From: Balneolaceae bacterium
GTDB lineage: Bacteria; Bacteroidota; Rhodothermia; Balneolales; Balneolaceae
Direction of reading: 5' to 3'
DNA length: 64,000 nt
NCBI GenBank assembly: GCA_040877875.1
Contig: JBBDNC010000115.1
Span: 14,103-78,102, forward strand
Shown: positions 30,178 to 39,135 of the stretch, piece after piece
Layout: each line of letters begins with the position of its first letter
How positions within the stretch are numbered: the stretch's first letter is position 1
Program-made: the position numbers and the translations under genes
The notes under the pieces: generated by a model
The model's database searches: none
The model's input: the letters and a program-made list of their open reading frames with translations, nothing else
Told to the model about the DNA's origin: nothing

Positions 30178-33100
30178 TTAAAATGTTACAGAGATACCGA
30201 GATTAAAGACTCTTTTTTGCGGATAATACTGGCCGTCGGAAGTTCGAACTTCCGGATCCATCACTTTCAGTTTATCCCAGGTAAGCAGGTTAAACCCACT
30301 GGCATAGATTCTCAGCCTTTGAATCCCCAATCCGCTACCTACTTCCGGAGGGAGGCTATACCCGATTTCCAGATTTTTAAGTCGCAGATAATCCATGTCC
30401 CTTAAAAAGTAAGTATTGGCATTGCTGGCCCAGTATTCATCATCACGGTTCCAGGTTCTCGGGTGCTCCGAACTCGGATTATCGGGTGTCCAGCGGTTTT
30501 CCGCAAAATTTTGCAAGAAGTTCCCAATCTCACCGGATTCGGTTTTCAAATACTGAACGGCACCGGCTGCTCCCTGAAAGAGGATGGAGAAATCAAATTG
30601 CTTGTAATTGGCATTGATGTTTAATCCCCCTGTCCATTTGGGAGTACCGGTTTTATCTATTCGGATTCTGTCCCGGCCATCAATCTCACCATCTCCATTT
30701 ACATCCTCAAAAATGAGATCCCCGGGTCTGGCCCCTTCCCAACTGGGATAGCTGTTCACATTTGCCTCATCCTGGAATACACCGATTACATTATAGTATA
30801 AATCGGTATTCATCGGCGAACCGGTAGATTGCTGCCACTCGGGGGCCCCCGGGGCTTCATCCCAGAATTTGATTTCGTTCTCCGCAAAACCTCCGTTAAG
30901 GGTGATGTCAAACAGGAAATCACTGCTTATTTGATCCCTATAGGTAATTGAGCCGTCAAACCCACTGCTGGCTACCTCACCGATGTTTTCCCGCGGAAGA
31001 CTAAATCCGCCAGTCATCGGGACGGAAGCATTTCTCCACCACAGAATTTCAGTTCTCAGATAGTTGAAGTAGTCGATCTCAAACGAGAGCCGGTTGTCAA
31101 GGATCTGAGCTTCAACGCCCAGGTCAAGCTGGTTGGCAACTTCCCAACTGACATCGCGGTTCGGTATGCGGGTCTGGAACACACTGTTGTGGATCGTTCC
31201 CCCATCAAATACATATCCGGAACCGAATCCATAGGTAGCCAGGTATTGAAATTCATCGATCCGGTCGTTCCCGGTTTGTCCCCAGGAGGCCCGGAGCTTC
31301 AATTCGTCAAACAAATCGGTGGCATTTTGAAACCAGTTTTCCTGGGTCAGCCGCCACCCAATTGAAAAGGCCGGGAAGAAGCCGAACCGCTTGTCTTCCG
31401 GGAAGATATAGGAACCATCATAACGACCCACAAATTCAAACAAATACTTACTGTGGTAGTCATAATTGACACGGGTAAAGTAATTTACACGAGCACCTTC
31501 GGATGCACTCCCATCGTTTGAACGTTCCTCTTCTCCACCGGCAAAAAGCTGATCAATCTGATCCGAAATATAGAACCGGCGAAATGCATTCATAAATGAA
31601 TTACTAAACGTTTGTTGTTCCGTTCCTAACAAAACACTATAAGAGTGATCTCCTACGTTTTGTTGGAAATTTCCTACCAGGTTCAAGAGAATATCTTCCC
31701 CCTGACCGGATTCCTGAAACAGGCGCGGTTCAGAATACCCTCTTTGGGAGCCCTGCAAAACCGGCTCACCGGTTTCAATATAGGATTGGCGATCAAAAGT
31801 AAAGAGCGTCCAGGGGGTTTGCCAGACTTTTTGAAGCCTGTAATTATTATCATAGGCAAGATTCCCTCTGAATGAGAGTCCGTCTACACCGGGTACCTCC
31901 ACATTCAGCCTCAGGTTCGTCTGCAAGTAATATCGTTTGTCACTGTCATATCCGGTTGCCGGAGTCCCAACAACTACAGGATTATCCCCGTATTCAATAT
32001 CAGGTCCCGGTTGTCCATTAGGCCAGTAGGCCGGCAAATGGGGTTTGCCTCTCATCACCATACGAAAGATATTTCCGACAGAACGCGTCGGGTAATTCCG
32101 ATCTTCCAGACGCCCGGAGATATCCAGACCGACAGACACGTGATCACTAATCTGACCGTCAATGTTACTACGGAAGCTATACTGATCGTAACGTGTTGCA
32201 CTATTTTCATAGAAACCATCTTCTGTCAGACCTCCCAAAGATAGATAATATTGAACGGATTCAGTTCCGCCGGATATGGACACATCCGCACGGGTTTGGT
32301 AGGATGCAGGTTTCAGGGTTTCGGCAAACCAGTCTGTATTAGGATATAACCAGGGATCCGTACCTTGCCGGTGGTTTTCAATACGTTCCTGGGAATAGGT
32401 AGCCGGGCGACCCCGGTACATATCGATTTCATTCAACATCGTTAAATAAGTAGCAGCATCGGCCATTTCCGGAACACGTGTAGGCTGGTTAAAGCCTTGA
32501 TTTACATCCAGGTTCACCTGGGTTGCTCCGGCTTGTCCTCTTTTGGTTGTTATTAAAATCACACCGTTGGCAGCTTGTGAACCATAAATTGCTGCAGTAG
32601 CATCTTTCAGGACACTGATATTTTCAATATCCTTTGGATTCAACCTTTCCAGTCCTCCGGAACGATTGGGTACACCGTCGATTACAATTAATGGGTTGTT
32701 ATCTCCGAGTGTATGGTTTCCACGTATGCGAATGGTTGCACCGTCTGAACCCGGCTCGCCACTGGAATTTACCGTGACGACTCCTGGAATTTGTCCGGAT
32801 AAACTGTTTGATACATTTGTAACAGGTACTTTTTCGAGTCGTTCGCCGGAAAGCGCACTTACAGACCCCGTAAGGGTTTCTCTTCGTTGTATACCGTATC
32901 CAACCACTACGATCTCTTCTCCACCCACGATATCCATTTGAAGGGTCACATTAATTTCATTCCGCCCGTTTATTGGAATTTCCTGGGTTTGATACCCGAT
33001 ATAAGAAAACACAAGTGTATCATTCAGGGTGGGAACTGACAAATTATAATTCCCCTGAAGGTCTGTCGTTGTCCCTCTGTCTGTTCCCTTGATTACAATA

Positions 33101-33603
33101 TTAACGCCAGGCAGGCTCTCACCTGATCTACCGTCCATTACGATTCCATTCACTTCTTCCTGAAAGATATTGGCATTTGCGTTCATAGCGGTATTTCCAT
33201 CCTGAACTTTTTGGATGATAATAGCCGTTCGGTTTGCTGAAACTCCGGCTTCCAGCCCGGTTCCGTTTAACAGTTTATTTACAGCATGAAATACATGGAT
33301 ATCTTTGAGTTTCATGGAAACCCTTTTATCAGGGAGTAAATCTGAATTATAGGACAAGCCAACATTTGCTTCCCTGGCAAGTTTTTCCAATGCCTCCTTG
33401 ATCGGTACATTTTCAAATTCAAAAGTTACCAGATTATTGATTTGCTGGACACTCGTATAAAATTCAACCCCTACATCTTGTGCGTAAACAGAGTTATCAG
33501 GAGCCCACACATTAAAGCAGGTTACAAGTAATCCCAAACTAAAGACCACTAATTTTAGTCTGGAATACTTCCTCTGATTCGTTGTATCGTATTTTTTAAT
33601 CAT
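30178..33603 (-). CDS. SusC/RagA-family TonB-dependent transducer with an N-terminal STN signalling domain
   Basis: 1141 aa. STN-like region (VTFEFENVPIKEALEKLAREANVGLSY), carboxypeptidase-regulatory-like domain (VNGIVMDGRSGESLPGVNIVIKGT), plug (VVVGYGIQRRETLTGSVS), and a terminal aromatic residue (ISVTF). Confidence 0.92.
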   Translation of the reverse strand: MIKKYDTTNQRKYSRLKLVVFSLGLLVTCFNVWAPDNSVYAQDVGVEFYTSVQQINNLVTFEFENVPIKEALEKLAREANVGLSYNSDLLPDKRVSMKLKDIHVFHAVNKLLNGTGLEAGVSANRTAIIIQKVQDGNTAMNANANIFQEEVNGIVMDGRSGESLPGVNIVIKGTDRGTTTDLQGNYNLSVPTLNDTLVFSYIGYQTQEIPINGRNEINVTLQMDIVGGEEIVVVGYGIQRRETLTGSVSALSGERLEKVPVTNVSNSLSGQIPGVVTVNSSGEPGSDGATIRIRGNHTLGDNNPLIVIDGVPNRSGGLERLNPKDIENISVLKDATAAIYGSQAANGVILITTKRGQAGATQVNLDVNQGFNQPTRVPEMADAATYLTMLNEIDMYRGRPATYSQERIENHRQGTDPWLYPNTDWFAETLKPASYQTRADVSISGGTESVQYYLSLGGLTEDGFYENSATRYDQYSFRSNIDGQISDHVSVGLDISGRLEDRNYPTRSVGNIFRMVMRGKPHLPAYWPNGQPGPDIEYGDNPVVVGTPATGYDSDKRYYLQTNLRLNVEVPGVDGLSFRGNLAYDNNYRLQKVWQTPWTLFTFDRQSYIETGEPVLQGSQRGYSEPRLFQESGQGEDILLNLVGNFQQNVGDHSYSVLLGTEQQTFSNSFMNAFRRFYISDQIDQLFAGGEEERSNDGSASEGARVNYFTRVNYDYHSKYLFEFVGRYDGSYIFPEDKRFGFFPAFSIGWRLTQENWFQNATDLFDELKLRASWGQTGNDRIDEFQYLATYGFGSGYVFDGGTIHNSVFQTRIPNRDVSWEVANQLDLGVEAQILDNRLSFEIDYFNYLRTEILWWRNASVPMTGGFSLPRENIGEVASSGFDGSITYRDQISSDFLFDITLNGGFAENEIKFWDEAPGAPEWQQSTGSPMNTDLYYNVIGVFQDEANVNSYPSWEGARPGDLIFEDVNGDGEIDGRDRIRIDKTGTPKWTGGLNINANYKQFDFSILFQGAAGAVQYLKTESGEIGNFLQNFAENRWTPDNPSSEHPRTWNRDDEYWASNANTYFLRDMDYLRLKNLEIGYSLPPEVGSGLGIQRLRIYASGFNLLTWDKLKVMDPEVRTSDGQYYPQKRVFNLGISVTF

Positions 33604-33664
33604 AGGATTATTTGTATGAATTCTGGTTAATATTTAGCATGCATTGAGCACTTGTTCGCCGGAC

Positions 33665-34720
33665 TTAATTATCTGAATTTGTGTTTTTATTCCACTTCTT
33701 TTGATGCCATCTAATGGATGTCTCATCTTGTTCAAATTTGATATCCAGACTGTTGGAGATAACTTCAAGAACATTCTTCATTGACCTTTCAGAAAAATCT
33801 GCAGTCAATCTTAAATCAAGCAATTCCGGATCTTCTATTACATTGTTAATCTCATACTTATGTTCAAGCTGCCGGACTACCTGATTGAAGGGAGTCTCAT
33901 CAAAAACAATTCTGCCGTGAATCCAGCTCAGATAATTATTGACCTCAATTTTTTCCTGAACCCACTCATACGTGTCCTTGTTATATATTCCGATCATATC
34001 CTTTGTAAGTATACCTGCCGGATCGGATGGATCGACAGATCTCCCAACAGAAACTTTTCCCTCTGCAACAGTTACATAGATATTATTTGATTCGTTACGG
34101 GTTCTGACATTGAATGCCGTGCCAAGGACTCTGATTTCCGCGCCTTCTGTTTCAACGATAAACGGTCGGTTCGGGTCATGTTCAATTTCAAAAAAAGCTT
34201 CTCCATCAAGTTTTACACTTCGGATTTTTTCTTTAAAATATGCAGGCATTTCAAGTCTGGAGTGAGCATTTAGACGAATCCGGGACCCCTCTGACAAGGT
34301 CAAAGTTTTTTGTCCGGTTTCCGTTGAATGAATAACTGATGTGAGAACTTCTTCTTCCACAGGATTATTGAAATTGTAGAAGACATTCAGGATTGAAATC
34401 GTTGCAACCAGAAATGCAATAGATGCGGCAACTGCCCAGACAGATAAATGGGAACGGGATTTTTGAAACCGGTACTTCTTCTCTTTTACTCGTTGTTTTG
34501 AGATTGATTCTTGAATTCTTTTTAAAGTTCTATCAGCATCCGGCAATTCGATCGCAAATTTGTAATCTCTTGTCGAATGTTGAATATCCCTGTCAAAAAA
34601 TTTCTTGAGATATCTCTGACCTTCCATGGTTTGAAAAAACTTAAGAACCCATTCAGCTTCTTCTTTTGAAGCAACGCCCTGCAGGTACTTTTCAATTAGG
34701 TCTTTTTCAAAGTTTTCCAT
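33665..34720 (-). CDS. FecR-family anti-sigma factor
   Basis: 351 aa. N-terminal anti-sigma helix region, a single TM (VWAVAASIAFLVATISIL), and a periplasmic FecR domain (LSEGSRIRLNAHSRL...GEAFFEI). Confidence 0.88.
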   Translation of the reverse strand: MENFEKDLIEKYLQGVASKEEAEWVLKFFQTMEGQRYLKKFFDRDIQHSTRDYKFAIELPDADRTLKRIQESISKQRVKEKKYRFQKSRSHLSVWAVAASIAFLVATISILNVFYNFNNPVEEEVLTSVIHSTETGQKTLTLSEGSRIRLNAHSRLEMPAYFKEKIRSVKLDGEAFFEIEHDPNRPFIVETEGAEIRVLGTAFNVRTRNESNNIYVTVAEGKVSVGRSVDPSDPAGILTKDMIGIYNKDTYEWVQEKIEVNNYLSWIHGRIVFDETPFNQVVRQLEHKYEINNVIEDPELLDLRLTADFSERSMKNVLEVISNSLDIKFEQDETSIRWHQKKWNKNTNSDN

Positions 34721-34918
34721 TCAAAGTCTACTTTGTTCAATGGTTATTAAGTAATACACCACCGATCAGGAAAAGTATGCCATGGATCCCTTATTTTTTT
34801 AAACGAACAACTCTCTTTCAAAGAGACAACCTGTACAGGTATTTTTAAAATGGGCTATTTAAAGGTAATGGATGAGGAAAGGGCTTAACCTAAAAAGAAA
34901 TGCGAACATTCAAACAAA

Positions 34919-35473
34919 TTACAAATCTGCATGTATGGTCATAAATTTACGAATAAATTTCGTGGCACGATAGAACTGAGACTTCACTGTATTTTTGGAA
35001 ATCCCCAGTTTGGTTGCAATTTGCTGGTCAGTGAGTCCTTGTACCCTTTTGAGTTTGAACACAAGCTGTTTTCTTTCAGGCAATTGCTGAAATCCTTCTT
35101 TAAATATTCGTTCATAATCCGATAGAAGGACCTGATTGTCAGCTTGTTCACTTGTATTTTTATGAGTATCGGAATATTCAAACTGTCTTAAAATTCTTCT
35201 TTCCTTTTCTCTGATCATATTTAAAACATGATGCTTTAACGTGCTGAATAGAAATCCCTGAATTGATTTTCCTTTTTCCAGATTAGAGCGAAATTCCCAC
35301 AATTTGATAAACACATCGTGTACAGCATCTTCTGCCATAATCGGATCTTTCAGATACCGGAGTGCCAAACCATAAATTCGTTTATAATAAAAACGGTATA
35401 GCGATTCAAAAGCATCATTGCTTCCCCTTCTTAATTGTTCGATTAATTGATCATTTTCTGGGCAGACTTCCAT
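34919..35473 (-). CDS. ECF (group IV) RNA polymerase sigma-70 factor
   Basis: Region 2 (AEDAVHDVFIKLW) and region 4 HTH (LTDQQIATKLGISKNTVKSQ). Confidence 0.9.
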   Translation of the reverse strand: MEVCPENDQLIEQLRRGSNDAFESLYRFYYKRIYGLALRYLKDPIMAEDAVHDVFIKLWEFRSNLEKGKSIQGFLFSTLKHHVLNMIREKERRILRQFEYSDTHKNTSEQADNQVLLSDYERIFKEGFQQLPERKQLVFKLKRVQGLTDQQIATKLGISKNTVKSQFYRATKFIRKFMTIHADL

Positions 35474-35748
35474 TCGTCAGGTATTCGCAAAGTTTAAAAT
35501 AGTAAGGCTAAAACAGAAAGTTCTCCGTTTTGTATTTACATAATTTATAAAATGAAAAAAAATTTCTTATATAGAAAAAGCAAAAGACAAAAATTTCATC
35601 TACATAAAAAATAAATAAACGCGAATTGCCTGTTTAAAAATCCAATTCTTGTGCGATAACAGATGTAACCGACGCAGACTGTTATTTTTGGCTGGTCTTT
35701 ACCAGAAGTGAAAAAACGTGCCAATGTTATCGTGGACAGTGTAATACC

Positions 35749-36126
35749 ATGCTTGATATGAACATTTTAATAGTAGAAGACGATAAAGTTTTATCCCTGA
35801 TGCTCCAAAAAATGGTAGAACGTATGGGCTATCAGGTTGCAGAAACTACAACTGAAGGACAAAAAGCGGTTGAATTATCCCGAATCCTGTCCTGTGACCT
35901 GATTCTGATGGACATCATGCTGGAAGATGATCTGGATGGAATCGAGGCATACCGAAAAATAAATGAATCGGAGAAGATCCCGGTTATTTATATAACCGGA
36001 AATTCTGACCCCGCGAATAAAGCAAGAGCCGATGAGATGGGGTATCACGATTACATTATCAAACCTGTAATCTATGAAAATCTGCTAAAATCCATTCGTG
36101 CGTTGGAGTCTGAGAATTACAAGTAA
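35749..36126 (+). CDS. Stand-alone response regulator receiver domain (CheY-like)
   Basis: ILIVEDD, phospho-acceptor region DLILMDIML, IYITGNS, IIKP. No output domain and no kinase in the window. Confidence 0.88.
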   Translation: MLDMNILIVEDDKVLSLMLQKMVERMGYQVAETTTEGQKAVELSRILSCDLILMDIMLEDDLDGIEAYRKINESEKIPVIYITGNSDPANKARADEMGYHDYIIKPVIYENLLKSIRALESENYK

Positions 36127-36350
36127 GTAAAGAAACAAAAACCTTGAATTTCTCCCAAAACCTTATTGGATTATTTTGAATATTTTTGTGAATGGGCAAA
36201 GAGTCGATATAGGAGATGGTCGGATTTAGTTTAATCTACTGAAGAAAAGCAGGATTCGGTCAATTTGCACACTCTTTTTTTAAAAATAGTACCACTATTC
36301 GCCTCAAACCTGACATTGCCTCTTACCAATCACCTAAGTCGGACAGACTC

Positions 36351-36707
36351 CTAATGAATATCTATTTCGATTTCAAATAAGCCTTCTTGATCCGTTTCAA
36401 GCAAGATCTTATCAATGACCGCATCCATATTCAGCGGCCCGTTAATTTGAGGATATACCTGGCCGTCAATTTCAGAAGTCGTAATACGTGGGGACACCCT
36501 GTTTACATCAATGACAATCAGGTAGAGATTCTCTGTTCCTTTAAATTTATTGTTGGCTACTCGCTCAACCTGATCCGGATTACAACAGGGTATTTTCGCT
36601 TCTTTTCCAATATTCTCGGTCAGGCTCTCCGGTTGGTAAGCTCCGTTCACAATCCTGTCTTTCCACGTTTGACGTGAAACGAGGTGAAAAATTAAATCAT
36701 GTTTCAT
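36351..36707 (-). CDS. DUF952-like protein
   Basis: 118 aa. LIFHLVSRQTW ... LYLIVIDVNRV ... YPQINGPLNMDAV follows the DUF952 pattern as I recall it. Confidence 0.45.
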   Translation of the reverse strand: MKHDLIFHLVSRQTWKDRIVNGAYQPESLTENIGKEAKIPCCNPDQVERVANNKFKGTENLYLIVIDVNRVSPRITTSEIDGQVYPQINGPLNMDAVIDKILLETDQEGLFEIEIDIH

Positions 36708-36753
36708 GTCAGTTCTGGTTTCAGCTCGTTGGGTTCATATTTATTGGAAACAA

Positions 36754-37692
36754 TCAGGCGTTGCTCTTAATTTTTCTGCGTCCGGATTGTTGATTTTTTC
36801 CTTCCTCAACCTTCTTTAAAACAAAATTGAAAATTTCCCTGGCGAGATCTTTTTGAGTGGCTTTTTCAATTCCTTCAAGTCCCGGAGAAGAGTTTACTTC
36901 CAGAACCAGCGGACCTCTGTCCGACTGCACCATATCAACCCCGGCTACGGAAAGGCCCATAGCCCGGGCGGAAGTCAGGGCCAGTTTTCGTTCTTGTTTG
37001 GTTAATTTAATCAGTTCACCTTTTCCGCCCTGGTGCAAATTGGAACGAAATTCTCCTTCCTTTCCCTGGCGTTTCATCGCACCGACCACTTTTCCATCAA
37101 CCACAAATGCCCGTATATCAGCTCCCTTTGCTTCCTCAATGAATTCCTGAACGATAATGCGTGCGCGCATACTATGAAATGCCTCTATAATGGATTCAGC
37201 TGCCTTTCGGGTGGGAGCCAGAACGACTCCATGGCCTTGTGTTCCCTCCAGAAGTTTTACAATCAGCGGAGCCCCCCCTACACTGTCTATCAGTTTTTTT
37301 ACCTCCTTCGAATAGTTGGTAAATACGGTTTTGGGCATTCCCACACCGGCTCGGGCAAAGATTTGCAAACTTCTGAGTTTATCCCTTGATCTGACAAGTG
37401 CCTGAGATTCAACGGATGTCGGGATTTGCATCATCTCGAACTGGCGAACAACTGCAGCTCCGTAAAATGTAACAGAAGCTCCGATTCTGGGAATCACCGC
37501 ATCAATATTCTCGATTTTCTCTCCAAAATAATACATCGTCGGATGGTCTTTCTCAATGATAATATCACATTTGAGATGATCCAGAACTACTGCCTCGTGT
37601 CCTGCACTTTCAATGGTCTCGACAAGCCGTCTCGTAGAATAAAGATTTTTATTTCTCGACAATACAGCAATTCGCAATGATTTGTTGCTCAT
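36754..37692 (-). CDS. rimK: RimK-family ATP-grasp alpha-L-glutamate ligase (ribosomal protein S6 modification type)
   Basis: 312 aa. [20 protein letters not shown]-grasp core ([62 protein letters not shown]). Confidence 0.85.
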   Translation of the reverse strand: MSNKSLRIAVLSRNKNLYSTRRLVETIESAGHEAVVLDHLKCDIIIEKDHPTMYYFGEKIENIDAVIPRIGASVTFYGAAVVRQFEMMQIPTSVESQALVRSRDKLRSLQIFARAGVGMPKTVFTNYSKEVKKLIDSVGGAPLIVKLLEGTQGHGVVLAPTRKAAESIIEAFHSMRARIIVQEFIEEAKGADIRAFVVDGKVVGAMKRQGKEGEFRSNLHQGGKGELIKLTKQERKLALTSARAMGLSVAGVDMVQSDRGPLVLEVNSSPGLEGIEKATQKDLAREIFNFVLKKVEEGKNQQSGRRKIKSNA

Positions 37693-37699
37693 GGGATTA

Positions 37700-38137
37700 C
37701 TATTTATTACCTATATATTTTCTTGATACATCAACGATAAATCTGTCTTTTAAAAATTTTCGCCCCAACAACACAGGGTTACGCATTTCAGATCGGTCAG
37801 CAAGGGATAATTCAATGGTGTCGACCTGGGTATGGAGACGGATTTTTGTCCGGATGATAATTCTGTCTTCCGTCAACCCATTGGAACTTCGAACCGACCT
37901 GATATCTTCTACAGGACACGTGAGTTTTTTGTTATTATATTCCGGATGAGTGGGGTCCAACAGATAAAACGAGACGTTCTTTTCTGCAGAGTTCAACTCA
38001 ACTTTGTGACAGTGCAGGCTTGACGTATAGGCACCGGTGTCAATTTTGGCTTTAAGCTGATCTACATTCAAATCCGGTAGATCAATCTTTTCAATCCGTC
38101 CAACTAGTTTTTTTTCATTAATATTTTTTGAATTCAT
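37700..38137 (-). CDS. RimK-associated retropepsin-like protease family protein (PF05618 / DUF785, annotated ATP-dependent zinc protease)
   Basis: 145 aa. [13 protein letters not shown] (DTGA signature) and [20 protein letters not shown]. Located 8 nt upstream of rimK. Confidence 0.65.
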   Translation of the reverse strand: MNSKNINEKKLVGRIEKIDLPDLNVDQLKAKIDTGAYTSSLHCHKVELNSAEKNVSFYLLDPTHPEYNNKKLTCPVEDIRSVRSSNGLTEDRIIIRTKIRLHTQVDTIELSLADRSEMRNPVLLGRKFLKDRFIVDVSRKYIGNK

Positions 38138-38210
38138 TATGTGAATTTTAGGGTGTTCATAATAACGTCTATTTTACTGGCAATCATTCATTTTTTAATA
38201 TTTTATGGAA

Positions 38211-38367
38211 GGCTTTGCAAAACTAAGATTTTTGTTCAAGTTCAAAGCCTGTCCGCCAGCCGGCGGATTAAAACCACAGCATATTATGCATATGTGAGGA
38301 TTTTAAAATCCCGATAATGTGGAAATTGGACAAAAAGACGCTCATTTTTTGAACACGCAGTGATTTT
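38211..38367. repeat. 157-bp repeat, copy L (inverted partner of 38975..39131)
   Basis: Hand alignment to the reverse complement of copy R. The inner 28 bp 38340..38367 are identical. The outer block 38230..38268 has 1 mismatch. It contains the GC palindrome TCCGCCAGCCGGCGGA and the GGCTTTG...CAAAGCC hairpin. Confidence 0.85.
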
Positions 38368-38442
38368 GAAAAGCCTTCTTATGATGGGGTAAGTTGTTCA
38401 TTCCCGTTTTATAATAGATGACCAAATTGACAAAAAACACGG

Positions 38443-38946
38443 ATGGAAACATTAACTGTATTTGAAAAATATTCAAGGTATTGGCCCTCCATAGCAATTA
38501 CGAGTGCTGTGTTGTCCGTCATAATTTTCGGTACATATTGGTACAGTAACGATATACTGATTGCCGGCTATTTAAGGCTGGCAGCATTCATCTTTTTTGC
38601 ACTCTCACTACTTAGCTTCTTCAAATGGAAAGACGGACAAGTAAAAATCGACTTAAACCTGGATCAGGATCAAAGAATTAAACTCACTTACTTTGTGCGT
38701 GATCGTTTCATTACGAGTAACCACTTAAACCTGGACGACGTCAGTGCAGTTGAAGTGAACAAGATGCCAAATATAACTCTCTACAATGAATTCGCAACAG
38801 GAGATCGTTGTATACGTTTCAGGAGTAAAGATACCGGAGAATGGAGTTATCTGAATAAAGTACACGGAAGGATCATCCCGCTGGATAGGGAAAATGCAAA
38901 TCGGGTTACAGAGTTTATTAAAGCCCATCTGAATCGGTCATTGTAA
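38443..38946 (+). CDS. Hypothetical membrane protein (2 N-terminal TM helices plus a soluble C-terminal domain), carried between the inverted repeats
   Basis: 167 aa with an ATG start. TM segments SIAITSAVLSVIIFGTYWY and LRLAAFIFFALSLLSFF. No recognisable family. It is the only plus-strand ORF between 36351 and 41039. Confidence 0.5.
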   Translation: METLTVFEKYSRYWPSIAITSAVLSVIIFGTYWYSNDILIAGYLRLAAFIFFALSLLSFFKWKDGQVKIDLNLDQDQRIKLTYFVRDRFITSNHLNLDDVSAVEVNKMPNITLYNEFATGDRCIRFRSKDTGEWSYLNKVHGRIIPLDRENANRVTEFIKAHLNRSL

Positions 38947-38974
38947 ATTTGGATTCCCTCTAAGAGGGTTGTGT

Positions 38975-39131
38975 AAAATCACTGCGTGTTCAAAAAATGA
39001 GCTTTGTTTTGCACAATCTCAGCATTTTCGCGAATTCGAAATCCTCATTTATGCCTAATAAACTGCGGTTCCGATCCGCCGGCCGGCGGACAGGCTTTGA
39101 ACTTGAACAAAACCCCTGGTTTTTTAAAGCC
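38975..39131. repeat. 157-bp repeat, copy R (inverted partner of 38211..38367)
   Basis: See copy L. The outer end abuts the speE stop codon (39136..39138). Confidence 0.85.
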
Positions 39132-39135
39132 CTCT

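Noticed and set aside
39040-39060. GAATTCGAAATCC resembling a tRNA T-loop, checked as a possible tRNA. A general scan for tRNA/rRNA-like GGTTCGAATCC motifs was also made.
   Set aside because: No acceptor or anticodon arms can be built around it. I found no convincing tRNA, rRNA, tmRNA or CRISPR-like periodic repeat anywhere in the window.
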